DNA from: an uncultured Phycisphaerales bacterium
GTDB taxonomy: Bacteria; Planctomycetota; Phycisphaerae; Sedimentisphaerales; Anaerobacaceae
Assembly: GCA_963718665.1 (NCBI GenBank)
Contig: OY970359.1
Coordinates: 2,240,001 to 2,304,000 of the forward strand
Length of the DNA stretch: 64,000 nt
Direction of reading: 5' to 3'
The notes below the pieces were generated by a model, which ran no database searches, was not told where the DNA came from, and was given only the letters and a program-made list of their open reading frames with translations. The translations under genes and the position numbers were made by a program. This document shows, in pieces, positions 17,869 through 26,602 of the stretch (positions are counted from its first letter, which is position 1; every line of letters begins with the position of its first letter).

Positions 17869-18054
17869 ATGGCAAAGCAAAAAGAAGTTTTGATTGTCGC
17901 CAGCAAAGTCAGAGCATATGTAAAGGGCAAGAAGATGATGACCTCATCTGATGCGATCGGCGCCATCAGCGATAAGGTCTATTGCATGCTCGACCACGCC
18001 TGCGAGAGAACAAAAGCAAATCGTCGCAGCACTCTTAAACCACAGGACCTCTAA
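17869..18054 (+). CDS. Bacterial histone-fold protein (Bd0055/HBb-like singlet histone)
   Basis: 61 aa, basic; EVLIVASKV..., M.TS.DAI, long central helix, R-x-T-x4-D (RRSTLKPQDL); GGAGG RBS; own terminator. Confidence 0.85.
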   Translation: MAKQKEVLIVASKVRAYVKGKKMMTSSDAIGAISDKVYCMLDHACERTKANRRSTLKPQDL

Positions 18055-18161
18055 TCTTCCGTTTTATTGCAAAGCAGGCAACTGTTTGGCAATGGCGGTA
18101 TTGGTCCGAACGTAACACCCTTAGTTTAAAGGGGTTATGTTCATAGAAGCAAAAAGCATAG

Positions 18162-18205
18162 AAAGGCCGATATGTCTTCGGGCATATCGGCCTTTTCCAT
18201 TTTTT
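18162..18205 (+). terminator. Rho-independent terminator downstream of the histone gene
   Basis: AAAGGCCGATATGTC-TTCG-GGCATATCGGCCTTTT followed by T-rich sequence. Confidence 0.8.
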
Positions 18206-18673
18206 CAGGGTTAAATCCCGTATCTGCCGGTTTTAATACTGCCAATCCCGGCTTAGTTATCACCCCTTAAAGCCGCCGAACACCCTCATTTCAAAAAATC
18301 CCGAAAATTTTCAAAAAATTTTACAAATTCTCATATTGCCTGGCTGCCCCGTACCGGACCGGTAAAATCCAATCGCGTAAAGCTCAAAGTGCCCTGTTAG
18401 CCAAAAAAACTCAACTGTAAGCCCTGAAAAGCCCGATTATTGTATCAGATAGCTTGTTTTCGGGTATGGCGTCCGGCTTTGTTTTTGGACGTAATTTAAG
18501 ATGGTCTAAGTTCCTGACGATACCGTTGGAGTAGGGTAATCGGCGGCTTAACGGTTTATTGGAGTATTTGTTGTTCCACACCGCTTTTTATGGAACGTGG
18601 TTATAAATCATTGCAAATTAAATAATTAACACATTACAAAATATTAACGCCTGTTAGGCAACGAGGTAGAACG

Positions 18674-19969
18674 ATGAAAGTTTTCATGCTTGGTTGGGAA
18701 TTCCCGCCGTATATTTCAGGGGGATTGGGTACGGCGTGTTATGGCCTGACCAAGGCGCTCGACCAGATGGGGGTTCAGATAACTTTCGTGTTGCCGACGG
18801 CGGTTCAAACGCAATATGCAAGTCATGTGAAATTGGTAAGCCCGGCAGTTCAGGTGGAATCGGCGGAGACGTCAGGGCGGGTGCGGCATCTAAAAAATGT
18901 CAAATTCCGGGCGCTTACCTCCCCGTTACAGCCATATCAAACAGCGAACAGCTACCGGAAAAGAATCGAGGATTCGCTTGCCCAGCTTCGCATGGCGCAT
19001 GGCAAGACAGACCAGTTTGTCGGCACGCTGGATTACAGCGGGGATATGTACGCGGAAGTTCAGCGGTACGCGGAGCTGGCGATACGGTTGGCGGCGAATG
19101 AGGAATTCGACGTTATTCACGCCCATGACTGGATGACGTACCCGGCAGGGGCGGCGGTGGCAAGGTTGACAGGCAAGCCGTTGGTGATACACGTTCACTC
19201 AACGGAGTTTGACCGCAGCGGGGAGCACGTCAACCAGATGATTTACGACATCGAGCGGATGGGGATGCACGTCGCGGACAAGATAATCGCGGTGAGCCAT
19301 CTTACGAGAAACATAATCATCAGCCGATACGGGGTAAGCGGGGACAAGGTCGAGGTCGTTTACAACGGGGTCGAGAGAAACGGCAATAATAACTGGCCCA
19401 TCGGCGATACCATAATCAACAGGGACGAGAAAATCGTTCTGTTTCTGGGCCGGATAACGATGCAGAAAGGCCCTGATTATTTCCTGCGGGCAGCCAAGAA
19501 GGTCCTGGAAAAGATAGACAACGTGAAATTCGTAATGGCCGGGTCGGGGGACATGATGAACCGGTCGGTCGAAATGGCCGCGGGGCTGGGGATAGGGAGC
19601 AAGGTTTTGTTTACGGGCTTTTTGCGAGGCGACGACGTTAATAAGATTTTCAAGATGGCGGACCTGTATGTTATGCCGTCGGTGTCGGAGCCATTCGGGA
19701 TTGCACCTCTTGAGGCATTGGACAACGATGTTCCCATCATAATCAGCAAGCAAAGCGGCGTTTCAGAGGTCATTCAGCATGCGCTTAAGGTTGATTTCTG
19801 GGACGTCGATGAGATAGCGAACAAGATAGTTGCCGTATTGAAGTATCCGCCACTGGGGATAACGCTGCGAAGCCACGGCAATTACGAGGTAAGAAAGCTT
19901 CGGTGGAGTGATTCGGCGGCAAAATGCGCGAGGATTTATGAAGATACGCTTGTTGGCGCGGGCGTGTAG
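18674..19969 (+). CDS. GT4/glycogen synthase-like glycosyltransferase
   Basis: MLGWEFPP..SGGLG, IHAHDWMT, GRITMQKG, SEPFGIAPLEA. Confidence 0.9.
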   Translation: MKVFMLGWEFPPYISGGLGTACYGLTKALDQMGVQITFVLPTAVQTQYASHVKLVSPAVQVESAETSGRVRHLKNVKFRALTSPLQPYQTANSYRKRIEDSLAQLRMAHGKTDQFVGTLDYSGDMYAEVQRYAELAIRLAANEEFDVIHAHDWMTYPAGAAVARLTGKPLVIHVHSTEFDRSGEHVNQMIYDIERMGMHVADKIIAVSHLTRNIIISRYGVSGDKVEVVYNGVERNGNNNWPIGDTIINRDEKIVLFLGRITMQKGPDYFLRAAKKVLEKIDNVKFVMAGSGDMMNRSVEMAAGLGIGSKVLFTGFLRGDDVNKIFKMADLYVMPSVSEPFGIAPLEALDNDVPIIISKQSGVSEVIQHALKVDFWDVDEIANKIVAVLKYPPLGITLRSHGNYEVRKLRWSDSAAKCARIYEDTLVGAGV

Positions 19970-20083
19970 CCACAGAGAACACAGAGGACACAGAGAATAA
20001 AGTAAAAAATGGAATACAGAGGCAATCAGGGTACCAGGGAATCAGGTAATTACGGTTAACACACTTTAGACGAGGGCAAAGGA

Positions 20084-21298
20084 ATGGCTTCGGTTTGCTT
20101 TTACTTTCAGGTTCATCAGCCGACACGGTTGAGGCACTACACCGTATTTGACGACCACAGCTATTATTTCGACGACCACAAGAACGCGGAGATTTGCCGA
20201 AAGGTTGCCAACAAGTGTTATCTTCCCGCCAACCGCCTGATGCTCGATTTGATTCGCAAATACGACGGTAAATTCAGAATCTCATACAGCGTTACGGGAG
20301 TTCTCTTAGAGCAACTTAGCGCATATTGCCCTGAAGTGCTGAGCACGTTCGATGCGCTTGCGAGGACGGGATGCGTGGAGTTTCTGGGGGAGACGTATTA
20401 TCACAGTTTGAGCTTTCTGTATTCGCGCAACGAGTTCGCGGCCCAGGTTAGCAAGCATACACAAAAAATAAAGGAGCTTTTCGGTCAGACGCCGAAGGTC
20501 TTCAGAAATACGGAGCTAATCTATAATAACGAGCTGGCGTCGATGATTGAGTCGATGGGATGTTTCGACGCGATACTCAGCGAAGGAGCGGACCATATAC
20601 TTGGGTATCGAAGCCCGAATTTTGTGTATAGTCCGAAGGGGTGCAGCCGGCTGAAACTGCTGCTCAAAAATTACCAGTTGAGCGACGATATTGCTTTTCG
20701 GTTTTCGAACAGGGACTGGGCACAATGGCCATTGACGGCGGACAAGTTCGGGCACTGGATTGGCAAGGTGAACGGCAACGGTTTTGTGGTGAACCTGTTT
20801 ATGGACTACGAGACGTTAGGCGAGCACCAGTGGAAGGAGACGGGGATTTTTGACTTTATACGACATCTGCCGGGCGAGGTTTTCAAACATCCGGACAATG
20901 ACTTCAAGACGCCGAGCGAGGTTGTGAAGGCATATCAGCCGATAGGGGTAATTGATGTGCCTCACCTGATAAGCTGGGCGGACATCGAGAGGGACTTGTC
21001 GGCGTGGTTAGGCAACGCGATGCAGTCGAACGCTATTCATGAGCTTTACCGGCTGGAAAAGAAGATTAAAGCGTCGGAAGACCAGAACCTTATAAATGAC
21101 TGGCGAAAAATGCAGACATCAGACCATTTCTATTATATGTGCACGAAGTGGTTCGCGGACGGGGACGTACACAAATATTTCAATCCTTATGATTCGCCAT
21201 ACGAATCATACATCAACTTCATGAACATCTTAGGCAACCTTCAGGGCCGATGCGCCAGGCATCAACAACAGGCGGTGCCGGCAGGGGCAGTGGCGTAA
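20084..21298 (+). CDS. Glycoside hydrolase family 57 (alpha-amylase-like)
   Basis: FQVHQP, ETYYHSL, FRNTELIY, FMDYETLGEHQ, QTSDHFYYM. Confidence 0.9.
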   Translation: MASVCFYFQVHQPTRLRHYTVFDDHSYYFDDHKNAEICRKVANKCYLPANRLMLDLIRKYDGKFRISYSVTGVLLEQLSAYCPEVLSTFDALARTGCVEFLGETYYHSLSFLYSRNEFAAQVSKHTQKIKELFGQTPKVFRNTELIYNNELASMIESMGCFDAILSEGADHILGYRSPNFVYSPKGCSRLKLLLKNYQLSDDIAFRFSNRDWAQWPLTADKFGHWIGKVNGNGFVVNLFMDYETLGEHQWKETGIFDFIRHLPGEVFKHPDNDFKTPSEVVKAYQPIGVIDVPHLISWADIERDLSAWLGNAMQSNAIHELYRLEKKIKASEDQNLINDWRKMQTSDHFYYMCTKWFADGDVHKYFNPYDSPYESYINFMNILGNLQGRCARHQQQAVPAGAVA

Positions 21299-21317
21299 GG
21301 TCATTTTAGATTTTCGA

Positions 21318-21368
21318 CCCTTCGACTGCTTCGACAAGTTCCCCGGCCTACGGATTGCCAGGGCAGGC
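21318..21368. repeat. Nested/degenerate CCCTTCGAC...AGGGCAGG palindromic element
   Basis: cccttcgactgcttcgacaag...ccagggcaggc between convergent genes. Confidence 0.5.
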
Positions 21369-21412
21369 GGGCGGATAAGGAAACCCTGAAATTCCTATGA
21401 CCAGGCAAGGAA

Positions 21413-22273
21413 TCAGTCCTTTTCGGACAGGTTGTCATTGAATTTACTACGATTGGCATCCCACCATTTTTTGGCTTGGTCGTAGGTGTCGAATTTCTGC
21501 GAGATGAGAAAATCAATCTCGGTTCTGACGTTGTAGCGGAAATCGGGTTCGGCGTCTTTGAGGCCTGTAATGAGAATATCCATAGCGGCAGGACTGGAGA
21601 CGTCAACGAGGGCAGAGACCGAGTCCTCTTTGACGTCCTCGTACGAGCTGGTGATGCCTGCCTTGAGAACGGACAGACAGATAGCAGGGTCTTTCTGGGC
21701 TGCGATCTGAATTGCGCGGGTCCTGACTTCCTGGCTTGAATTGCCGATGGCTGCAAGGAGAACATTTTCCACGGCGGGGTTTGTTATGGCGGAGCAGGCC
21801 TCGATTGCGCTTTTTCGGACTTCCGGTTCGCTGTCTTTAAGCGCCTTGGCGGCAACGTAAAGGATATTCGGGTCATCGAGGTCTTCTATCGAGAGCATTT
21901 CCATAGCGGTTTTGCGAACCTTGACATCGTTATCATCGAGGACTTTATAAACCATGCCCGCTTTTGATCCGGGGTGCTCATCGGCATACTTTGTTATAAA
22001 GGCGATTTTTTCTTCAGCGAAGTGCATTGATTCGTAAGGTTGAAAATCAGGGGGCTCGGGCAGGGCCGGCTTTGGGGGCTGTTCGGCGGCAGCCGGCGGC
22101 TGAATCTTGGTTTCGAGCTTAGGCGTCTTCTTCTCGCTCGATGCCGAGGATGGAGGCGTCTGGGAGGATTTACCCTGTTTTCTCGGACAGCCGGCTGCGA
22201 AAATCACCGCCAAGGCGAGCGTTACCATCAACCCTGTTTTAACAGCCATTTCAAACCTGAATATACGGTCCAT
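21413..22273 (-). CDS. HEAT-repeat lipoprotein
   Basis: Lipobox FAAGC, Pro/Ser-rich linker, repeats of L.D....VR..A. Confidence 0.8.
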   Translation of the reverse strand: MDRIFRFEMAVKTGLMVTLALAVIFAAGCPRKQGKSSQTPPSSASSEKKTPKLETKIQPPAAAEQPPKPALPEPPDFQPYESMHFAEEKIAFITKYADEHPGSKAGMVYKVLDDNDVKVRKTAMEMLSIEDLDDPNILYVAAKALKDSEPEVRKSAIEACSAITNPAVENVLLAAIGNSSQEVRTRAIQIAAQKDPAICLSVLKAGITSSYEDVKEDSVSALVDVSSPAAMDILITGLKDAEPDFRYNVRTEIDFLISQKFDTYDQAKKWWDANRSKFNDNLSEKD

Positions 22274-22537
22274 ATTTTATATTCCTCAAAAAAAGTTTGG
22301 CCACCCGCCTCGCCGCATAGCGGTGGGCGAGGTCTCGCCAGAGGCGGACAGAGATATTATAGCCACAGAGCACACAGAGAGCACAGAGAATTGTTTTTTC
22401 AGACACGGATTTACACTGCATTTACTCGGCTTTGCGTTCTGCGGCAAGGCCTTTTTCCCCGAAGTACACTTCTTTAAAAGGCCATTGCCTTGCCCGCGAA
22501 GGCCTTTGGCCTTCATTACTAAGCCGAGCAAATAACA

Positions 22538-22601
22538 CCCTTCTTCGTTGACCCTTCGCCGCGCTGCGTGCTATGTAGGGCAGGAACTACGCAGGGCAGG
22601 C
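22538..22601. repeat. Nested pair of CTTCG...CTA(C/T)G.AGGGCAGG palindromic elements
   Basis: Outer cccttcttcgttg...aactacgcagggcaggc encloses inner cccttcgcc...gctatgtagggcagg. Confidence 0.55.
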
Positions 22602-22902
22602 GGATTTAGACGGAAGACATTGCGGATTTTGATGTTATCGCCTTATGGCGCTAAGCTTTTTTGACCTGCCGGTTTTATCTTTGAATCGCCAAAACCAACA
22701 ACAAAAAGGGGCCTGACCTCTTTTCGCGCTTTTCCCTTTTTCCTCCCTTGGTTGAACATGGCTAAATACGGATGAGGATTTGGTTATTTTGACTCGCAAA
22801 AACAATTGACGATTCCGTTTGGCTTACGATAGAATACTTTCCCAGTCGAGTGGTTAATCTGTTTTGATATGAGAAGACATTTGTTGTTGAGAGGGACAAA
22901 AA

Positions 22903-24024
22903 ATGAGGAACATAACAATCGTCATTATTATCAGTGTTCTTGCGATATTTTTTGCAGGCGGATGCGCTATTAAGCCAAAACCGGCGGCTGTCGAATTAAA
23001 GTACGGTGATTTTCCGCCGGCACTTAGGCAAATGATTGACGATAGAATCAAGGAGGTAAATTCGGGCGGGGTAATATGTGTAGCCGGGAGAGTAAAGATG
23101 AGTGATGGGGCACATATCGGGAGCGGAAAAGATGTTAAAGTGAATTTCCAAGCCGGCTCTGATGAGCAGCTTTGGATATATGACGACGGGTGGTTTATTA
23201 TGGGGCGACCGGTTAAACATAACACCAGCTACGGACCGGGGAAAATTGTGATAAGTGCCTTCGGATATGACCCGATTGATGCGGCCATACCTATTCTACA
23301 GAAAGATATTACATACGCAGAATTTATATTGAATAAGACGCCAGCCGACAAACTGGCAGGTATTTCAGGTGTGATAACGAATGGGCAGGACCAGAGCATC
23401 GCAGGAGCAATGGTCAATATATCATTTCCGTTATCCTATAGTGTAGTGAATGAACAGCCGCAAAGGTCGATGAATACAGAGCCAAACGGACATTATTCGT
23501 TTGAGGGGTTATCCTCAACTGAATATCATCTCTGGATTCCGGCATTTGCCGGTTATGCAGGTATTGCTTTCGACGTAACACCACAGGCGGGTGAGAAGAA
23601 AATAGAAAATCGAAAACTATATAAAAATCGCAGTATTATTATTGATTATGTATATCAGGCGGACGGTAATCGAAGCTTTACGGAGGGAAATATTAAAAAA
23701 GGACAAGTTGAATGGAGTGTGGGGTCTGATGGAATGGATTTTTCAGAGGGCAGGGTAGTTGGTTATAACTACAATAGGACGATGCGAGACCTTGAAATGC
23801 GGCGAGATCAGGACAGGCTGATATTCCAGGTATTTTACGCCAACGGAAAAGGTAACGGATTCTACGATGCGGGGGAAACGGATTTTGAATCGGTTACAGA
23901 GGCGACAGAAAGCGGTTATTCCACCGGGTCCAAACCATGTTTAGTCGGGCACGTCTATGTTGTTCGCACATGCGAAAATAACTACGCGAAATTTATTGTG
24001 AGAAGCATTTCCGTGAACAAATAA
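22903..24024 (+). CDS. Lipoprotein with carboxypeptidase-regulatory-like beta-sandwich domain
   Basis: Lipobox FAGGC; ISGVITNGQDQSIAGAMV...TEPNGHYSFEGL; upstream TTGACG-N18-TAGAAT. Confidence 0.7.
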   Translation: MRNITIVIIISVLAIFFAGGCAIKPKPAAVELKYGDFPPALRQMIDDRIKEVNSGGVICVAGRVKMSDGAHIGSGKDVKVNFQAGSDEQLWIYDDGWFIMGRPVKHNTSYGPGKIVISAFGYDPIDAAIPILQKDITYAEFILNKTPADKLAGISGVITNGQDQSIAGAMVNISFPLSYSVVNEQPQRSMNTEPNGHYSFEGLSSTEYHLWIPAFAGYAGIAFDVTPQAGEKKIENRKLYKNRSIIIDYVYQADGNRSFTEGNIKKGQVEWSVGSDGMDFSEGRVVGYNYNRTMRDLEMRRDQDRLIFQVFYANGKGNGFYDAGETDFESVTEATESGYSTGSKPCLVGHVYVVRTCENNYAKFIVRSISVNK

Positions 24025-24201
24025 ACGGAGGGGATAATTTAGTTTTAAGTGTTGAGTGTTTAGTTTTGAGTTATGGAAGCGGAGTGGATAATTGTCGATT
24101 GGCGATTGACGATTTGCGATTGGGGGATGAGGAAAGAACTGTTTTTATGACCCCGAAGCAGGTTTCGGGACTAAACAAAACAAATTACTGCGATGAAAAA
24201 T

Positions 24202-25323
24202 TTATTCGAGAATGGAGGTGACGGTTTGTTTGGCAGCGCCGTCTGGTTTGAGGGTCTTTTCCATTTTGCCGGGATTTGAGGAGCGTGCAATGGCCTCATC
24301 TCTGGCGATGCAGCCCTTGAAATAAGCGTCGGCGATACTGTAGTCCATTGTCTGCATGCCGAATTTTCTGCTGGTTTCGATGACGTTGGCGATTTCGTAG
24401 ATGCGGTTTTCGCGGATGCAGTTTCGGACAGCCGATGTGCAGAGGAGGATTTCGGTGCAGGGGACCATGCCGGGCTTGTCAATTCTGCGGAACAATGTCT
24501 GCGAGATGACTGCCTGGAGTGTGTTTGCGAGCATCGTTCGAATCTGATTTTGCTGGCCTGCGGGGTAGATATCGATGATGCGCTCGATGGTTTGAGCGGC
24601 ATTTATAGTGTGCAGTGTTGAGAAGACGAGGTGGCCCGTTTCTGCGGCGGTTACGGTGGAACGGCAGGTTTCGAGGTCACGCATTTCGCCTACCATAATG
24701 ATATCGGGGTCCTGACGCAGGACGCGTTTGAGAGCGGAGCCGAAGCTTGGGCAGTCGAAGCCGATTTCGCGCTGTTCGATTATGCTCATCCTGTTTTCGA
24801 GGGCATATTCGATAGGGTCTTCGAGTGTGATGATGTGCTTGCGATATTTGGTATTTATGACGCCGAGCATCGAGGCGAGTGTGGTGCTTTTGCCTGCGCC
24901 GGTGTGGCCCGTAACGAGGACGAGTCCGCGCGGCAGGTCGGTGAGTTCTTTAACGATTGGGGCAAGGTGCAGGTCGTCGAGGTTTGGAATCCGATTAGGA
25001 ATCAGACGAAAAGCGATAGCGATGGTTCCTCTCTGGTAGTGAGCGTTGACACGGAACCGATGGCCATCGTCGAGAGTGGTTGAGAAGTCGGCGTCGCGGA
25101 GCGTTTCGAATTTTTTGAAGCGGTCCGGGCCGAGCATCGCAAGAACCATTTCCTTGGCGTGTTCGTTGCTGATGATGGGGAAATCCATATCAATAAGGTC
25201 GGTGTTTTTACGGAGAATGGGCGGCAGCCCCACGTTGATATGAACATCGCTTGCGCTTTGTCCAATAGCAGTCGTAAGTATTGTTTTTACGTCAACCATA
25301 AGCTCTCGCTCAGAACAGCCCAT
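24202..25323 (-). CDS. pilT: Type IV pilus retraction ATPase PilT/PilU family
   Basis: ASDVHI, GHTGAGKSTT, TLEDPIE, LRQDPDIIMVGEMRD, AAETGHLVFSTLH; alternative start at 25299. Confidence 0.9.
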   Translation of the reverse strand: MGCSERELMVDVKTILTTAIGQSASDVHINVGLPPILRKNTDLIDMDFPIISNEHAKEMVLAMLGPDRFKKFETLRDADFSTTLDDGHRFRVNAHYQRGTIAIAFRLIPNRIPNLDDLHLAPIVKELTDLPRGLVLVTGHTGAGKSTTLASMLGVINTKYRKHIITLEDPIEYALENRMSIIEQREIGFDCPSFGSALKRVLRQDPDIIMVGEMRDLETCRSTVTAAETGHLVFSTLHTINAAQTIERIIDIYPAGQQNQIRTMLANTLQAVISQTLFRRIDKPGMVPCTEILLCTSAVRNCIRENRIYEIANVIETSRKFGMQTMDYSIADAYFKGCIARDEAIARSSNPGKMEKTLKPDGAAKQTVTSILE

Positions 25324-25594
25324 TTAAATTATAAGATGTTTATTCAAAGGTACTTAGCGCAATACCAGTAATCCCGCATAATTTCATCGACATAAGGAGG
25401 GGGCGGCTGAAGGAGTTTATTGATTATTGATGATTGAAAATGGGTCCCCTGTTCAAATCCAAGGTAGCAGCACTCGGGGATGACGCTATCGCGTCAATTA
25501 CGCAGATTTTTGGAGTAGCCACCCCCGCCGTTTTGTGAAACAAAACGAGACGCGGGGGTCTTCGCTACGCTTCGAGGGCCGATAATATCGGGGA

Positions 25595-26413
25595 TTATGT
25601 TGGGTTATGTTTTAGAGCGATGCCGTAGAATCGCCAGACGGACTGGAAATCTTTATGGGACATTTTGATTTTGCCGAGGATGGGGTCGCCGATTATCACG
25701 TTTTTATCGGTGACATCGAGAATGGCGACGCAATGGTCGAGGAGGAAGGCGTCTTTGATGACGGCAAGGGTAACATCAGCATCTTTCAATTGATTGACAG
25801 AGTCGAACTGGCGGAATTGGCAATCGACGCCGGATGCGGCGTATCGGTCCTGGATGGCTTTGCAGAGCGACCAGGGCATAGTGCCAACGATGGGGCTTGT
25901 GTGGGAAAGGACGGCTAATTCGCCTTCCTGGGCGGGGAAGCCAAGTTTTCGAAGAGCAGTAACGGCGGCAGCGGGGCCGCAGGTGTAGGATGTTGATTGA
26001 ACGCAGATATTGTCGGCGTTGGTTATGGTTGGCAGATTGGCGAGGTCGTTTTTGAGTATTAAGGGCAGTGCGAAAGGCAGGACCGCGCCCCATGTGACGA
26101 CGCCGAGCATAAACAGGAAAACGACGGATTTTTCGATGCGGTTTGTGAGCCGGCCTATGAGGGTCATAGCACCCATTGTGACGGTAAGGGCGATAATAAT
26201 GAAGCGCAGACGGCCTGAGGAAATCCAGGCGAAGAGGGGATTGAAAGCGTTAAGGCCTGCGACGGTTATAAAGAGGAGCAGGAAGATGATGGCCAGGGGG
26301 AGGAAATAGCCGAAGCCCCAGTAAGGGCTTTTTAGACGCGAAAAGGAGCGGCCGCATTTGGCCCCTATGAACGCTGCGTATATGACGCCTGCTAATTCAA
26401 ACCACCCGCCCAT
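25595..26413 (-). CDS. Membrane-anchored C39-family cysteine peptidase (no ABC domain)
   Basis: About 4 TM helices, then QSTSYTCGPAA, DHCVAIL and IGDP; upstream TTGATT-N17-TATAAT. Confidence 0.8.
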   Translation of the reverse strand: MGGWFELAGVIYAAFIGAKCGRSFSRLKSPYWGFGYFLPLAIIFLLLFITVAGLNAFNPLFAWISSGRLRFIIIALTVTMGAMTLIGRLTNRIEKSVVFLFMLGVVTWGAVLPFALPLILKNDLANLPTITNADNICVQSTSYTCGPAAAVTALRKLGFPAQEGELAVLSHTSPIVGTMPWSLCKAIQDRYAASGVDCQFRQFDSVNQLKDADVTLAVIKDAFLLDHCVAILDVTDKNVIIGDPILGKIKMSHKDFQSVWRFYGIALKHNPT

Positions 26414-26602
26414 TTTCTTCCCCTCCGGCCTGTGCCGGGTTAAATAGATGCCCTAATGATATAAGCTGATGTTCCCTCACTCGCTTGATTTTGATTATAG
26501 CAGATTTGGGGACTTAAATCAAGGGAAATTAGTGGATTGCCGAATGTCGATTTCCGAAGCGGGCCCTGCGCTTTGCTGCGTGTGCGATTGTCGATTGATT
26601 AT

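Noticed and set aside
18571..18600. TGTTCCACAC...TGGAAC, parS-like half sites; possible oriC in the long intergenic region
   Set aside because: Not a contiguous 16-bp parS palindrome, and no clustered DnaA boxes were seen.
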